From the NCBI RefSeq assembly GCF_009914755.1, contig NC_060928.1: a stretch of DNA of 64,000 bases, one strand, 5' to 3'. How positions within the stretch are numbered: the stretch's first letter is position 1; each line of letters starts with the position of its first letter. This document shows positions 38,779 to 52,232 of the stretch, one piece after another. Below the pieces are notes generated by a model. The model saw nothing but the letters and a program-made list of their open reading frames with translations, did not search any database and had not been told where the DNA came from. A program made the position numbers and the translations under genes. The DNA is from the human T2T-CHM13v2.0 reference genome, Homo sapiens.

Positions 38779-39124
38779 TTTTTTTTTTTTTTTGAAATGA
38801 AATCTATGAAATCTTGCTTTGTCACCCAGGCTGGAGTGCAGTGGAGCAAAATTTCTTTGAGTGAAATTTTGATTGCTCACTGCAATCTCCGACCCCCAGG
38901 TTCAAGCGATTCTCCTGCCTCAGCCTCTCGAGTAGCTGGGATTACAGGTGCCAGCCACCTCACCCGGTTAATTTTTTTGTATTTTTAGTAGAGACGAAGT
39001 TTCACCATGTTGGCCAAGCTGGTCTGGAACTCCTGACCTCCGGTGAACTCCTGACCTCAGGAGATCTGCCTGCCTCAGCCTCCCAAAGTGCTGGGATTAC
39101 AGGCGTGAGTCACTGTGCCTGGCC
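38779..39124 (-). mobile_element. AluS (Sx-like) with three small internal insertions
   Basis: Antisense dimer from poly(T) to CCTGGCC. Confidence 0.93.
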
Positions 39125-39447
39125 TCCAGCATTTCTGATCTCTTCTCGTGTCTCCTCCTTCTTGACTAATGCTGTGTTTAATTGATTTTCCTCTCTCCAA
39201 ATGTTTTCAAAGGTAAATACCCTAAGGCATTTTTAAATTCAAATAATTTCATTTTTAACCATTTAAAATTGTATCTATAATGTGATCAGCATCACATTAT
39301 AGATTTTTCTAGTCCTCTGTCGTCTTCTCAGTGGCATTTATATCTAATTTCAATATAATTTATGACAGTTCACAATTACTCATGTGGAAGGACCTGGAAA
39401 TCACAGTGGCAAAGTACAGTCTTCTTAATTTTGATATTAATTCCTTT

Positions 39448-39655
39448 GGTGCTGGCCTGTAGAACTTTCTGCAATGAAATAAATGTTCTATACCTGCTCT
39501 GTCCAATATGGTAGCCATTGGCCATATATGGCTATTAAGCACTTGAAATTTAGCTAATGCAACTGAAACACTGAATTTTTAACTTATTTTCATTTTAATT
39601 ACTTTGAATACAAGTAGCCATATGCTGCTAGTGGCCGCCATATTGGATATCACCA
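39448..39655. mobile_element. MER3 (hAT-Charlie)
   Basis: TAGAACTTTCTGCAATG...CTGTCCAATATGGTAGCCA...AGCACTTGAAAT...GCTAGTGGCCGCCATATTGGA. Confidence 0.9.
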
Positions 39656-39867
39656 GTAGATGATTAGGAAGGATTCATGTGCTTTCCTGCTTAAGCATAA
39701 CTCAACCCCTATCAAGTAGCGTTGATTCTGTTACCTAACATTGCACTATATTGATGGAGGCCACATTCTGTTTTCATCCATCTTTCCATGAGGAAACCTC
39801 CAGAAGGACCTGGAAAGGAAAGTGAAAAGGTTTATGAATAGGTCAATTAGTGAATTACCCAGTTTAA

Positions 39868-40150
39868 AAAGTGCCATCTCCTCCATGAAGCCACTGCCCA
39901 CCCTTCCAGAATTCCCTCCCCTGGGCCTCCTGCCGGGATCTGTTTCCTTTTCTCAATCCCATGGCCGTTTATGCCACTCTCATAGTTCTTGTCAAATTCT
40001 ACCCTGTATTACCGTTATTTGTGTACCTGGCTTATCCTTTTCTAGACACTTTGAGGGTAGAATTCAGAACAGAAGCCTGGCTGATTTGGGCATTCCTCAG
40101 AGCACCTAGTGTAGTAGCTTGAACAATAAATACTGGCTGGATGCATGAAA
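39868..40150 (+). mobile_element. L2 3' end
   Basis: CCATCTCCTCCATGAAGCC...TTGAGGGTAG...AGCACCTAG...CAATAAATACTGGCTGGATG. Confidence 0.75.
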
Positions 40151-41584
40151 TGTCTGTCTTCCTGTGGAGGTGAACATTCTAAAGGTAACCGTCAGTTGGA
40201 GGTCTCCCAAAGTCTCCACTGTGTGGCCAGAGCTCAGATACAATGCATGGCCTCAGCCTGGAAAGGTTACCGTTGATTTCTATCCACAAGTGGCTTTGGT
40301 GAACTCTGACTTCATACTCATTTGACATGGCCTTCCACTGTGACCAGCTTGAATATTTCCTTTACTTTGTTCTACTTCCTCCTTTTGCCATTTTGCCTCT
40401 AAAACTCACAGCACTGTGATGAGTCTTTGGCTTCTAAAGCAAATCACTTTTGTTGCAAGGGCCATTGTCTTTTCATTCATATTTTTACAAAGTGTTACAG
40501 TAAGCTAGCAGTGACCACTAGGACTTATTAGAGGAAACACTATTATATTCTATTATTCAATCTTCAGTGACTTTCTTTCCAGACTGAATCTTCAGTGTCT
40601 AAAAAGCAACCTGTAGCAGTTATGATTTGGGGAAGCTGTGGTGTAGTTAGGAAAACAATGACATGGTCAACTGAAATGTTGCAGGCCAGAGTAGACAGGT
40701 GAACCCTCATCGTTGCACTGCTTCTCTTTGTTAATGGCCACAGCACACTGGGATTACAAATGCAGTAATATTTCCATGCTGGTCTCTGCGTTGTCTCTGT
40801 TGAACATCTGTGTGCTGAGAATTATCCATGCTATGTCCCTTTGACCTGTTTCATGTGAACTGTTCTGGATGTAAATTTTTTTTTTAACCATTAAATCTAA
40901 GTGCAGGGTGTGAATCACAGCTGGGCGATGATAGGTAATTGGACAGGGAACTTACTAGGGGCATGAGAGCATCAGAGATCTCAAGTTCTCAAAGGAAAGA
41001 CTTTTTTCAATAAAAGCAATGTAATATTGGGAGGGGATTTTTTTTTTTATTTTCCTGGAGAAAGCAAGTAGATTTTTCAAGAAATTTTGTTTCAAAAACA
41101 GGCCAAATGTTTTAACAAAGTGCCTAAGATTATGAAGCCAAATAGTAAATTTAATATTTTCCCAACACCTAAATTAAGGGATCTTTTAAAAACCTATGTT
41201 ATGGGAATTGGAGATATACATATATATATATCTGTCCTTCACTATGGGATACTTTGCTGTGATGGAGACCACAGCACTTAGTAGCTACAGGTCTTTCATG
41301 TATAATGACGCAATACAATTTTTGAAACTGAAATTGGAAAACTGACGTTTTCCGACACCACAGCACTGTCTTTTAGAGCTAATACTTTTATGTTTATAGG
41401 CGTAATATGAAATCTCCTTTGTGAAAAGATAATATTTTGGCCCAATTATAGAAAGAAGATTCTTTTCCCATGCATATTATCGAAGTGTTTGCATTTAAAA
41501 AACAGAACACAGGTAAAATGTATGATTGCCCCACAATGAGCACTCTCCAAACATGGAATGAAGTGAAAAGAAATTAGAGATTGA

Positions 41585-41900
41585 GGCTGGGCGCGGTGGC
41601 TCCCACCTGTAATCCCAGCAGTTTGGGGGGCCGAGGCAGGTGGATCACGAGGTCAGGAGTTCGAGACCAGCCTGGCCAACATGGTGAAACCTCATCTCTA
41701 CTAAAAACACAAAAATTAGCCTGGCGTGGTGGCACGCACCTGTAATCCCAGCTACTCAGGAGGCTGAGGCAGAAAAAATTGCTTGAACCTGGGAGGTGGA
41801 GGTTGCAGCAAGCCAAGATCGCACCATTGCACTCCAGCCTGGCCGACAGAGTGAAACTTCGTCTCAAAAAAAAAAAAAAAAAAAAAAAAGAAAGAAAGAA
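41585..41900 (+). mobile_element. AluS (Sg-like)
   Basis: GGATCACGAGGTCAGGAGTTCGAGACCAGCCTGGCC; poly(A)/(GAAA) tail; TSD AAAGAAATTAGA(G/A)ATTG. Confidence 0.96.
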
Positions 41901-42819
41901 AGAAATTAGAAATTGCTAAAGGAATTTTAATACAGAGTAGACAGAAAGTACTCTCTTAGATTTATTCAACAACTTGTCCATTCTTGGCCCTGGTCCTGGT
42001 ATAGCAGTGTTGAACCAAGCAAAATAAACACTGAATTGGTAAATGGAAGATACCAAAGTGCTTCACATATATTTCAGTTCTCTTAGTAAAAATTTGTGTA
42101 ACTTTTTAAAAAATTACTGATACGGATTATTTAGGAAGTAAATATTTCTAGCACTATTAGCAATTGATTTATCATACATACTGTAATGTCAGACAGAATT
42201 CAAATTACCCCAGAGAATACCATATCACTCAGCTTTATGACATTTTCAAATGAAAAAAAAATTGCCTTACAAGCAGACAATTTCAAACGGAAATGTGTTT
42301 CTCCAAAATTTTCTGAGTCTTGCCTAGACTAGCTAATTCCTTCTCAGTCCTTACACCTCCTTCCCTATTTGTTTGCTAGTAGAAGAAATAGCATTTGGTT
42401 TAAAAGCAAATAGTTTGGTAAGTAATTGACCTAAGGATTTCATTTGGCTCTAAGCTTAAAATGAATCAACGGTGACACAGATGTTGAAAAAAAATGGAAT
42501 CTTACATAGCATTAACAGAAGTATCATCTCCAGATGTTCTGACAATACTCTGGAAATAGAAAAATAACCTTGACAAAATAATGAGTTTCCACAGGAGGGG
42601 TGACCAAAAGGGTGAGGGATTTGTAAAACTCATACAAGTAATGATTGATAGACCTGGGAATACGGAGCTCAGAAAAATATAAATCTAGGTGATTATAGTT
42701 TCTTTCTTCATCTCTCTCTATCATATGAATGAGAGCATAGATTTACTTTATGTGGTCTCAACAGGCAAAATAAGACCAATGGTTGGAAGATAGAGGTAAG
42801 CGGATTCCAACTTTATATA

Positions 42820-43560
42820 CAGTTGACCTTTGAATAAGGGTTGACCTTTGAATAAGGGTTTAACTGTGAGGGTCCACTTATATGCAGATTTGCTTCTGCC
42901 TCTGCCACTCCTGAGACAGCAAGACCAACCCACTTCTTCCCCCTCCTCTTCCTCATCCTACTCAGTGTGAAGACGAAGAGGATGAAGATCTTTCCAATGA
43001 TCCATTTTCACTTAATGAACATATTCATTAACACATGTTCTCTTCTTTATGATTTTTTAAATTTAAAGTTCAGCGATACAAATTTAACTTTTAAGTGCAG
43101 GTTTGTTATCTAGGTGAACTTGTGTCATGGGGGTTTGTTATACAGATTATTTCATCACCTGGTACCCATTAGTATTTTTCCTGATCCTCTCCCTCCTTCC
43201 ACCCTCTGATAGGCCCCAGTGTCTGTTATTCCCCTCTTCGTGTCCATGTGTTCTCACCATTTGTCTCCCACTTACAAGTGAGAATCTGTGGTATTTGAGT
43301 TTCTGTTCCTGCATTAGTCTGCTGAAGATAATGGCCTTCATTTTATTTTCTCTAGCTTCCTTTATTGTAAGAATACAGTATATAATATATATGCAATCTA
43401 CAGAATATGTGTCAATTGACCGTTTGTGTCACCGCAAGGCTTCCAGTTAACAGAAGGCAATTAAGTAGTTAAGTTTTTAGGGAGTCAAAAGTTATACTTG
43501 TATTTCTAACATTGCAGGGAGCCAGTTCCCTTAACTCCTGCGTTGTTCAAGGGTCAACTG
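42820..43560. mobile_element. Tigger2a, interrupted by an L1 fragment
   Basis: TA|CAGTTGACC...GCCTCTGCCACTCCTGAGACAGCAAGACCAACCC...GTTGTTCAAGGGTCAACTG|TA. Confidence 0.94.
43053..43338 (-). mobile_element. Older L1PA (about PA8-PA15) 3'UTR fragment
   Basis: GTGCAGGTTTGTTA...GTCATGGGGGTTTGTT...CCTGATCCTCTCCCTCC...CCCACTTACAAGTGAGAA. Confidence 0.88.
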
Positions 43561-44919
43561 TAGCTGAGGTTATCTACATGTCAAAGGTGATAAATGGATA
43601 AAAGGTGATAAAAAAAATTTTTTGTTTGTTCATTTTTTTTTTTTTATAGTTTAGCTGTCAGTGAGAGTGTCCTGGTGAAAATTGTCCGTGATTTCATAGA
43701 AGGTGTTCATAAATTGGGAGACAGGTCATATTTTATAGCCCCCATTCTCCTAATTCTAATATTCTGTCAGATTTTTAAATAGTTTTATATTTATTATTAA
43801 CTTCAGAAAATATTTTTCATTCATTTTATTAAGCTGAAAGACAGAAAAAAAAATCTAGGCAGATATCATTAAAACAGAGGCAGAGAATAGTTGGCAAAAC
43901 ATTCCAAAACAACTGGAATCATTTCTAAGTATGAGTAGGAAAAAGAAGGTAAAAGCCAACCATATTTCTCTTTAAGTGGTCATAATTCAAATCGTACCAT
44001 TAAAAATTTACTTTGTACAAGTATATTTTTTATCTCAGAGCCATTTTAGTTATTTGTACCAGATCCCTGAAGAGCTCTAGATTTGGGGTGTTGGCTAAGA
44101 AATTACAGATGACAGAGCCAGCTGTGAGCAAAGCAGGGGTCTTGGTTAAATGTGGTCAGAAGTATGCAGAAGTCAGGCAGGCAAGCAGTGGCTAAGCAAA
44201 ACTATGAGAGACTGGTACAAGGAGACTGCCTCGATGTCCCTAAGCCGCAAAGCAATCCTTTGCCTCAGTGAAGAACATTTCTGCTGGGACCCACAAGTGG
44301 AAGCAGAGAGCGCAAGAGCAGGGCGGGAGCAACCCTGGGGCTCCAGTCCCACCGCTGCTCCAGCTGTGCTGGCTGCCAGGTATTTGGCACATTGTTTAAT
44401 ACCAGGAATTCATAGGCCTGCATTATTATTAAAATATTTCACAATACCAAAGTCCTGCTGAGGATAGTTTTCCACAGGCAGCTGAGGATCATATCTTCCT
44501 ATGGTTTTCTATGACTGATTTTTCCCTTAAATCCCCCACATTGCAATTGACGCCAGGCTTTGAACACGAACCCTGCAGATAACTATAGTGCCAGGATGTC
44601 AGAGGAGGCAACCTCTGCTCTTAAATAGGGTGCCGTGCTGCACTTTTACTTAAACCTCGGGTAACTTTTCACCCAGTGTTTTCTCAGTATGTAGAATCAG
44701 ACAGAAAACAAAAATCTTGGGATTAAGGAAAAGGAAACTTAAGACTTCACTGGCCTCTCATTAACTGATTTCATTCAGTGCTCCAATTCAGAACTCATCA
44801 GTACTAGCATAGTTTGCTTGCCCCCGACTATGTTCAGAGCCTCTTCCTCAATCTTCTCCTTTCAATCATCCTTTATGCTACCCTAAGTTGCTAAAACTCA
44901 TCTGAGGTTCCTCCCTATT

Positions 44920-45440
44920 TAACATCAGCTTAGGCTTCTTAGTAAAGCAGTCAAACAGCATTTTTCTGCCACTCACCTACACTTCAGTCACTCTAGACTT
45001 TACTCATGTTACACAAATACAGCACACAGGCTAACACTTCTGTGCTTGTTTGTTTATTTTGTTCTTGCTGGTTTCTATTCTTGGAATACCTTTACCTTCT
45101 GGCCTTCTTCCCTCTATCATTCTCCCCCACCTTTCTGCTGGATGACATATACCTTCTCCTTCCCAACAGAACAAAAATTTACATTTTCCAGGAGACTGTC
45201 ACTAACTTTTAAAACATTAATTATTAACTCCTTCATGCTCCTGTATCTGTATCTCTGTTAGTGAGCTTGGTCATATTGTAGTTTAATTTTGTTCTGTATG
45301 AATTTTTCTTCCTTCTATACTGTGAGCTCTCTAAGGGTGGGGCCAATTATGTCAACTTTTGTAGTTTCAAGATCTGGGACTTAGTAGACATTCAATAATA
45401 CAATACAATTCTGGCACATAATATATACTAAGTAACTTTT
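44920..45440 (+). mobile_element. L2 fragments
   Basis: ACTGTGAGCTCTCTAAGGG...TAGTAGACATTCAATAA L2 3' motifs. Confidence 0.65.
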
Positions 45441-47324
45441 GGATGTCATTGAATTTTATCTGTTGGATATTATCATTTCCCAGGTCCCTTTTGGATCTAA
45501 AATTCTATGATTCTTAGTGGTACTATGGGGATTATAAATGTTATTATACAATTCAGATGGAAGTGGCTTCGCTGAACTCTCCTAAGTGGCAAGTTAAATT
45601 ACCTTGTGGCTTGTTAAATAGGAGAGCCAAGTCCAGAAACTACACGATTCTGGGTCAGCTTAACATTTATCGGCTTTCAAAGTCTATGTGGCTTTTGGTT
45701 GTTTAAAGGAACTACTGGTTTGTCCATCTAGGATTCAGTTATGGTTTTTCTGGGGCATCTTGGTAGAAACAGCCACGGGAGCATATAAGGAAAGAGAGTA
45801 GGCATGTGTTTTGTGAGATTTTCCCGCTTGCAGCTCCCCTGCCACATACTAGTAATGATAAAAACTCAGTATAAGCATGGGAGGCCTAGGAGATTGTTTG
45901 TCCCCTCTAGCAAAATCAGTTCCCCCTGAGTGGATATAGTGTCACAATTACACTAATTGAACTTGACTAACGTTTATAAACATCTGCTTGATGTTTTATT
46001 ATTTCATATATTTATTATTTTTAAAAGCATTCTCAATACTAGAATAACTCTGGATAGCAGCCTGGGAATGAATGTCACCATTAAAGTAAATATCAGCAAA
46101 AGATGATCTCGTGTCAGTTTTGAACGGCCAAGGAAAATAAGATCCATTCTGATAGTCAAGGTATATACATTGATTCTCAAACACACAGGCATATACTTTT
46201 TCCTCCATCCATGTTCCCTCAAAACAATGGCAAACTCATATCTGACATCAAGTGTTTCCTCTTGGGTTTTGCCTAAGCTCCAGCTTATTATTTCTGGCAC
46301 ATCTCTCATCAGTGCCTAGCGGTTTTAGCAGCAGGATTTGGCCAATAATGGCTCTGGCCAATGGGTGTAACTGGAATTTAGGCACATATGGAAGGGTTCA
46401 TCTGTTTATCATAGCAGCACCCAGCGGTGGGTCTGTGAGCATTTCCTTTCAAAACTGTTTTCCTGAGAGGTTTGAAGTTTGATCTTCAATTTCCTATTGG
46501 CTTAAAATTCGTCAACAGAGATATTTGGCTTTTTAATTAAAGTCTTGACTGGTCCAAACTTTCAGAAATACTGTTTAGTGAATATATTTTTTTTCCACTG
46601 GTTTCAGGGAAAAAAAGAAATAAGATTTACTAAGACTTCATGTTTCTTCCTAGTCTGGTATGATTCAAGTTATTAAGTTCACAAACATTTAGTCATTGTG
46701 TCACTTGGAGGGGATGAGCAGTGACCCAAAGGCTCTTGTAAGTTTTCTTAAAAGGTTTTTCTACCAAAGCCAGTCTGCGCTCTGCTGAATAAGCATTTTC
46801 TAATATACTCCTGTTTATAATCTTGACTACACAACCCTAAATTGACAACAGATCCACTCCTCATTGCCTAAGGACGAGGACTTTTAGGAGGCCAACTGTT
46901 CTCATGGACCTGAAAAAAGATTCATATCAATATTTCCCATTAAATACTCTAGGAATTTGGCAGAGACATCCCACTGCATGAGACTGTAAGAGTCCTGATG
47001 TGTTCCTCTCCACCAAAATTCACCATTGTGGCTTTAGTTCCACAAAAAGAATGTAAGATCCTTTAAAAAAAGCAGCCTATATTCTAAATACCTAGGCCTA
47101 CCAAGGAGTTCCTGGGCCTCCTGGAAGCCTCTAAAAATCCTCCTTTTTTTTTTTTTTTTTTTTTTTTTAACACCCAGATCTTATATTTCCTTATGACCTT
47201 TTATAAGAATAGCCTACTCGTGTATCTCACATTATGAAATAAAAAAGTTCCTAAAATAATTAAATTTTTAAAAATGAGAGCTACCATGTATTGAACACTC
47301 ACTTTCTCACTGCACTTAAAAAAA

Positions 47325-48063
47325 ATTAAAATTTTAAGTTTACTTATTTTAAATGGAGAAATAACACTCTATGTTTTCATCACATACAACATGATGTTTT
47401 AAAGTACATGTACATTGTGGAGTCATTAAATCTAGCTAATTAGCAAATGAATTACCTCACATAGTTATCATTTTTGTGGTGACAGTACATAACATCCACT
47501 CTAAATTTTTCAAGAATGCACTATATTATCATTAACTATAGTCACCTTGCTGTAAGGTATAAATTTTACCTTGCTGTAAATAAATTTCTCTTGAAATTTA
47601 TTCCTCCCATCTAACTGTAGTTGTGTATCCTTTGACCAACGTCTCCCCATCCTCCCTAAGCCGTAATCATTTCAGCCCCTGCTAACTACCATTCAACTCT
47701 TTCCTTCCATTTGATCAGCTTTTGTAGATTCCACATATGCATGAGGTCAGGCAGTATTAGCCTGTGTGAAAACCAGTATGGAGTTTCCTCAGAAAACTAA
47801 AAATTGAACAACCAAATGTTTCAGCAACCTCACTATTGGGTTTATCTCCAAGGAAGTTGAAATCAATTTGTTAAAAGAGATATCTGCACGTCCATGTTTA
47901 TTGCAGCACTATTCGCAATAGCCAAGATATGGACTCAACAGCAAATGTGGTACATACACACAGTGAAATATTATTCAGACATAAAAATGAATGAAATCCT
48001 GCTATTTGTGACAGCACAGATGAACTTAGAGGATGTTATGGTATGTGAAATGAGGCAAGGACA
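47325..48063 (-). mobile_element. L1MA-type 3' end with 5' inversion, nested in a MIR
   Basis: Antisense 3'UTR 47325-47768 (TACAACATGATGTTTT...ATTAACTATAGTCACC...TAGATTCCACATAT) followed by sense ORF2-end segment 47769-48063 (CAGTATGGAGTTTCCTCA...ATGTTTATTGCAGCACTATTC). Confidence 0.88.
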
Positions 48064-48069
48064 TTTTCT

Positions 48070-48230
48070 TTTTATTACTTCATTTCATCCTCATATCAGC
48101 CCTACATGATGGGGATATTATCCACTTATCTAGCAGATAAGTAACGTGAAAGAATCAGAAACTTCATAAATGATCCAAGGTCACAGAGGCAGGATGCTGA
48201 GTGATTAAAATTGGAGTGTTTGACACCAGG
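48070..48230 (-). mobile_element. MIR (continuation of the piece at ~47270-47320)
   Basis: TCATTTCATCCTCA...CCAAGGTCACA. Confidence 0.65.
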
Positions 48231-48971
48231 TCCTGTTTTTCATCTGCAGCAGCTTCCACACATTTCACACATCAAGGACCGTTTTTGAGATCCAAATCAC
48301 CATGTGATTTTTGGCCTGTAACTAAGAAGGACTTTCGAGATTTGAGGGACATTCATATAACTAAATTATTTTCATTTCTATTTATTAACAACTTTTTTTC
48401 AGTAGAGCCTGTCTCTTGCTAGCAATAGATAATATTTATCCTTGAATATATAAATAATTTTAATAGGCCATTCGTTGTATTCAAAGATGCATTTCTAAAA
48501 CATGCTTTTTATAATGAATAATCATTTTTACCTTACTAATATATTTATGTTGTTTGATCAGTTGTCTAATAACAGTACTAATAACTCAATCTGGAAAAAA
48601 TTTTTTTAAACTTAGACCACTATGATCATAGAAAATTTTAAAACTCTCTAATTTCAATTTTGTACCTATTCTATTACAGAGAAATGTAATTAGATGAACA
48701 AAAGCAGACTTTTAAGTTTAAAATGTTATATCTGAATAAAATCCTATGACGGATTGTCAAAAGGAAATATGAACTCAGAAAGAAAGTGGGATAATGTAAA
48801 TTTTGGATCTATGAAAGAAGAGATTGTTCTGCATTTTTCAAGTGGATAATGGTTGGTGGATATCAAATATTTTTGGTATTAGTTTCAACTGAATACATTT
48901 AAAGGAGTGACAGAATAGTACTAAGTAAAATGTTCATGTTTATAATACGCTGTTCCTTACATCCTCTACAG

Positions 48972-49173
48972 TCAGTGGGATGGATGGTAAATTTACAACA
49001 AGCTCCCCAGGGCGTTAATGCCCTAATTTGTAGCATTTCCTGATTTTCATAATGTGAATACTTTCACCCTAGCTGATTTCAAGCTACCAATAGTTTAACA
49101 ACTGAATGACAAAATCTCCAAAAATTTAACAACTGGCTGTCACAATCTCTACAAGCCAGAGCCAGTGCATTAC
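48972..49173. mobile_element. MER63A-like (hAT-Blackjack)
   Basis: GCCCTAATTTGTAGCATTT...GATTTCAAGCTACCAA...AAAATTTAACAACTGGCT. Confidence 0.75.
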
Positions 49174-49465
49174 TTATTATATCATGTAATATTGAATGTC
49201 GAAATAAAAATATGTGAAGGCTACATTATTTTCAAGTTCCTTCGTTTGAAAGCCCTTGCTAAAATTTTATGAGAACTTCTTTGAAATATAGATAAATCTT
49301 CAGTCCTATGTGCACCCTAAACTTCTACTTAAAGCATTCACAATGATCTTGTCTTTTCCTTCTGTCATAATTTCTCAAATTAGCTATTCCTAAGAATTAC
49401 ATATGAAACTTTGGGAAAAAATGCAGATGTTAGGGCCCACCTCATACCTATTAAATAAGAATCCC

Positions 49466-49771
<306 letters not shown>

Positions 49772-50208
49772 CTAGCAATAGGACCCATCCATGTTTATTT
49801 TAACAAGCATCATAGATGATCCTGAGACAGCCAGCCTAGCACTTCTGCTGTCCTGGAAGATACTGCTCTATAAGGCTGAATTGAGAATAGGAATTGAGAT
49901 AGAAGCCTTTTCTCACTCTTTCAATGTGAAACAATTAGAAAACCTCAATGGGCTGGTTTTGTGCTTTTTTTTACTAGAGAGCTAGAAAAAAGTTGTGAGA
50001 CTGTTTTTTCTGTACTAGATGAATTAGTTCCTGAGTTAAGTTTTGAAGCAACACTTGGTTGTGGTCAAAGAAACAAGACAAGCCATTTTCTGGGATGACT
50101 GTGGGGAAAGAATGATAGTCCTGAGATCTTGACCTGAAGCCAAGGAATGTGCCTGTGAAGCTTTCCATTCCCTAAAAATTCTGTTTCTCTACCTTATCCT
50201 AGAGCCTC

Positions 50209-50588
50209 TGCTATGGACTAAATGTGTCCCCCAAAATTCATGTGTTGGAAACTTAATCCGCAATGCAATAGTGTTGGGAGGTGGAGCCTTTTGAGAAGTG
50301 TCTAGGTCATGAGGACAGCACCTTCATGAATGAATTAATGCTGTTATTGAAAGGGCTTACAGGAATGACTTCTCTCTCTTCTGCTCTTCTGCCATGTGAG
50401 GACGCAGCATATCCTCTCCTGCCCTTCCTCCTTCCACCCTGTGAGGACGCAAGAAGAACCATACCAGGAGCTAGCACTTTGATCTTGGACTTCCCAGCCT
50501 CCAGAACTATGAGAAAATGAAATTCTGTTCCTTTTAAATTACCCAGTTTCAGGTATTCTGTTACGGCAGCAAAAATAGGCTAAGGATG
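50209..50588 (+). mobile_element. MST (MSTC/D-like) MaLR solo LTR
   Basis: TGCTATGGACTAAATGTGTCCCCCAAAATTCATGTGTTGGAAACTTAATCC...GGACTTCCCAGCCTCCAGAACT...GGTATTCTGTTACGGCAGC. Confidence 0.9.
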
Positions 50589-51875
50589 CCCCATTTCTGC
50601 CTCTTATCAACTTTTGTGACTTTCCCCAACAATCCAAAATCAGCGAAACTAGGAGGTTGTAAGCATCTAATGAATCGTGTATTTGAAAGTGCTTTATAAA
50701 AGTTAAAGGTTCTAGTTTACATATTAAGAGAACAAAGCCCTATTTTAATCCCAAACTGATATAAAAGAACAGCAGCCAATGTCCTCCCATAGAAGTGTAT
50801 CTCTGAGTTCCAGGCTCAGCATTCTCTGGGACCCACAGTGTGATCATTCATTGTTTGGCAAGAGCAGAGCTGTTCTGTGGGAAAGTCAGCTCTGAAGATG
50901 ACTAACCATAAGGTCCTTGGGATTCTTTTTCCATGGCTGCACAGAACTCCACCACTGTAACTAGATGTCAAAGTTCAGTCCTGGGCTGTCCTGGGCTTTT
51001 CTAGGTGTTAGGACCTCACCTGTGATGTCCACCCATCATATAGGACCTTAGTTGTGTGTGTTCTCACTATTGTCTGTGTCTGTGGATGATAACAACTCCC
51101 TCAAACTTACTATTATTAGAAGAGAAATGTTTCAAATTTTGAAGAAGTGCACTGCCTTCTCCCACTCCCACTCTTTTCAATTATCCCTGGTCCCTAGAGT
51201 AGGCTTTCCAGTAGGCAGTCCCAATAATGAATCCAAATACAGGACCAAAGATGGTCTAAATCCTTCCTGAGAGTGTGAGAATTGTTCCTCCACTACTGCT
51301 TAGAGTAGCAGATTGCCTCAGGGGACCAGGAGCTGCCAGTTGGATGGGGCTTTCCACTTGAATTTCCTTTGTTACTCCCAAGAGGCCCTTGGAATATAAA
51401 GTGTGCAATCAAAATCATTATAGGAGGTTATATTCTTGTTCAGGGCATATTAAAGCATTTGTGTGAGCAATTACTATTAGACATTTCCTGCTGAGATATT
51501 CCCAGGTGCTAGAGAAGTTGACTTATTTGCTATGAGAAAACACATTACTCACTTTAATAAGTCCAGTGTCTTTTGTCAAGCTAAATTTCTCATGAAGTGT
51601 TAAAAACGTACAGAAAATCACAGATAATATAATATAACTAACATCCACTATGCTACAGATACAATAAAATGTTACAGATACAATAAAGCATTTCAGATTT
51701 AATTGAAAGGCCTGGATAGCTCTTCTTGGTACTGTTTACTTCTCACTCTCTCAGAAGGAGCCATTCCTCTAAAGTTGGACTGTTTCTTTGTTATGCATGA
51801 ATTTGTATTTTTACTATATGCATGTATTTCCATAAATAATATGAAAAGATGCATGTTTTGAAATTTCATATATGA

Positions 51876-52232
<357 letters not shown>

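Noticed and set aside
39387-39816. GAAGGACCTGGAAA repeated about 415 bp apart
   Set aside because: Not at the MER3 boundaries and too long for an hAT target duplication; no extended similarity
46420-46435. CTCF-like GCAGCACCCAGCGG
   Set aside because: Three mismatches to the core motif
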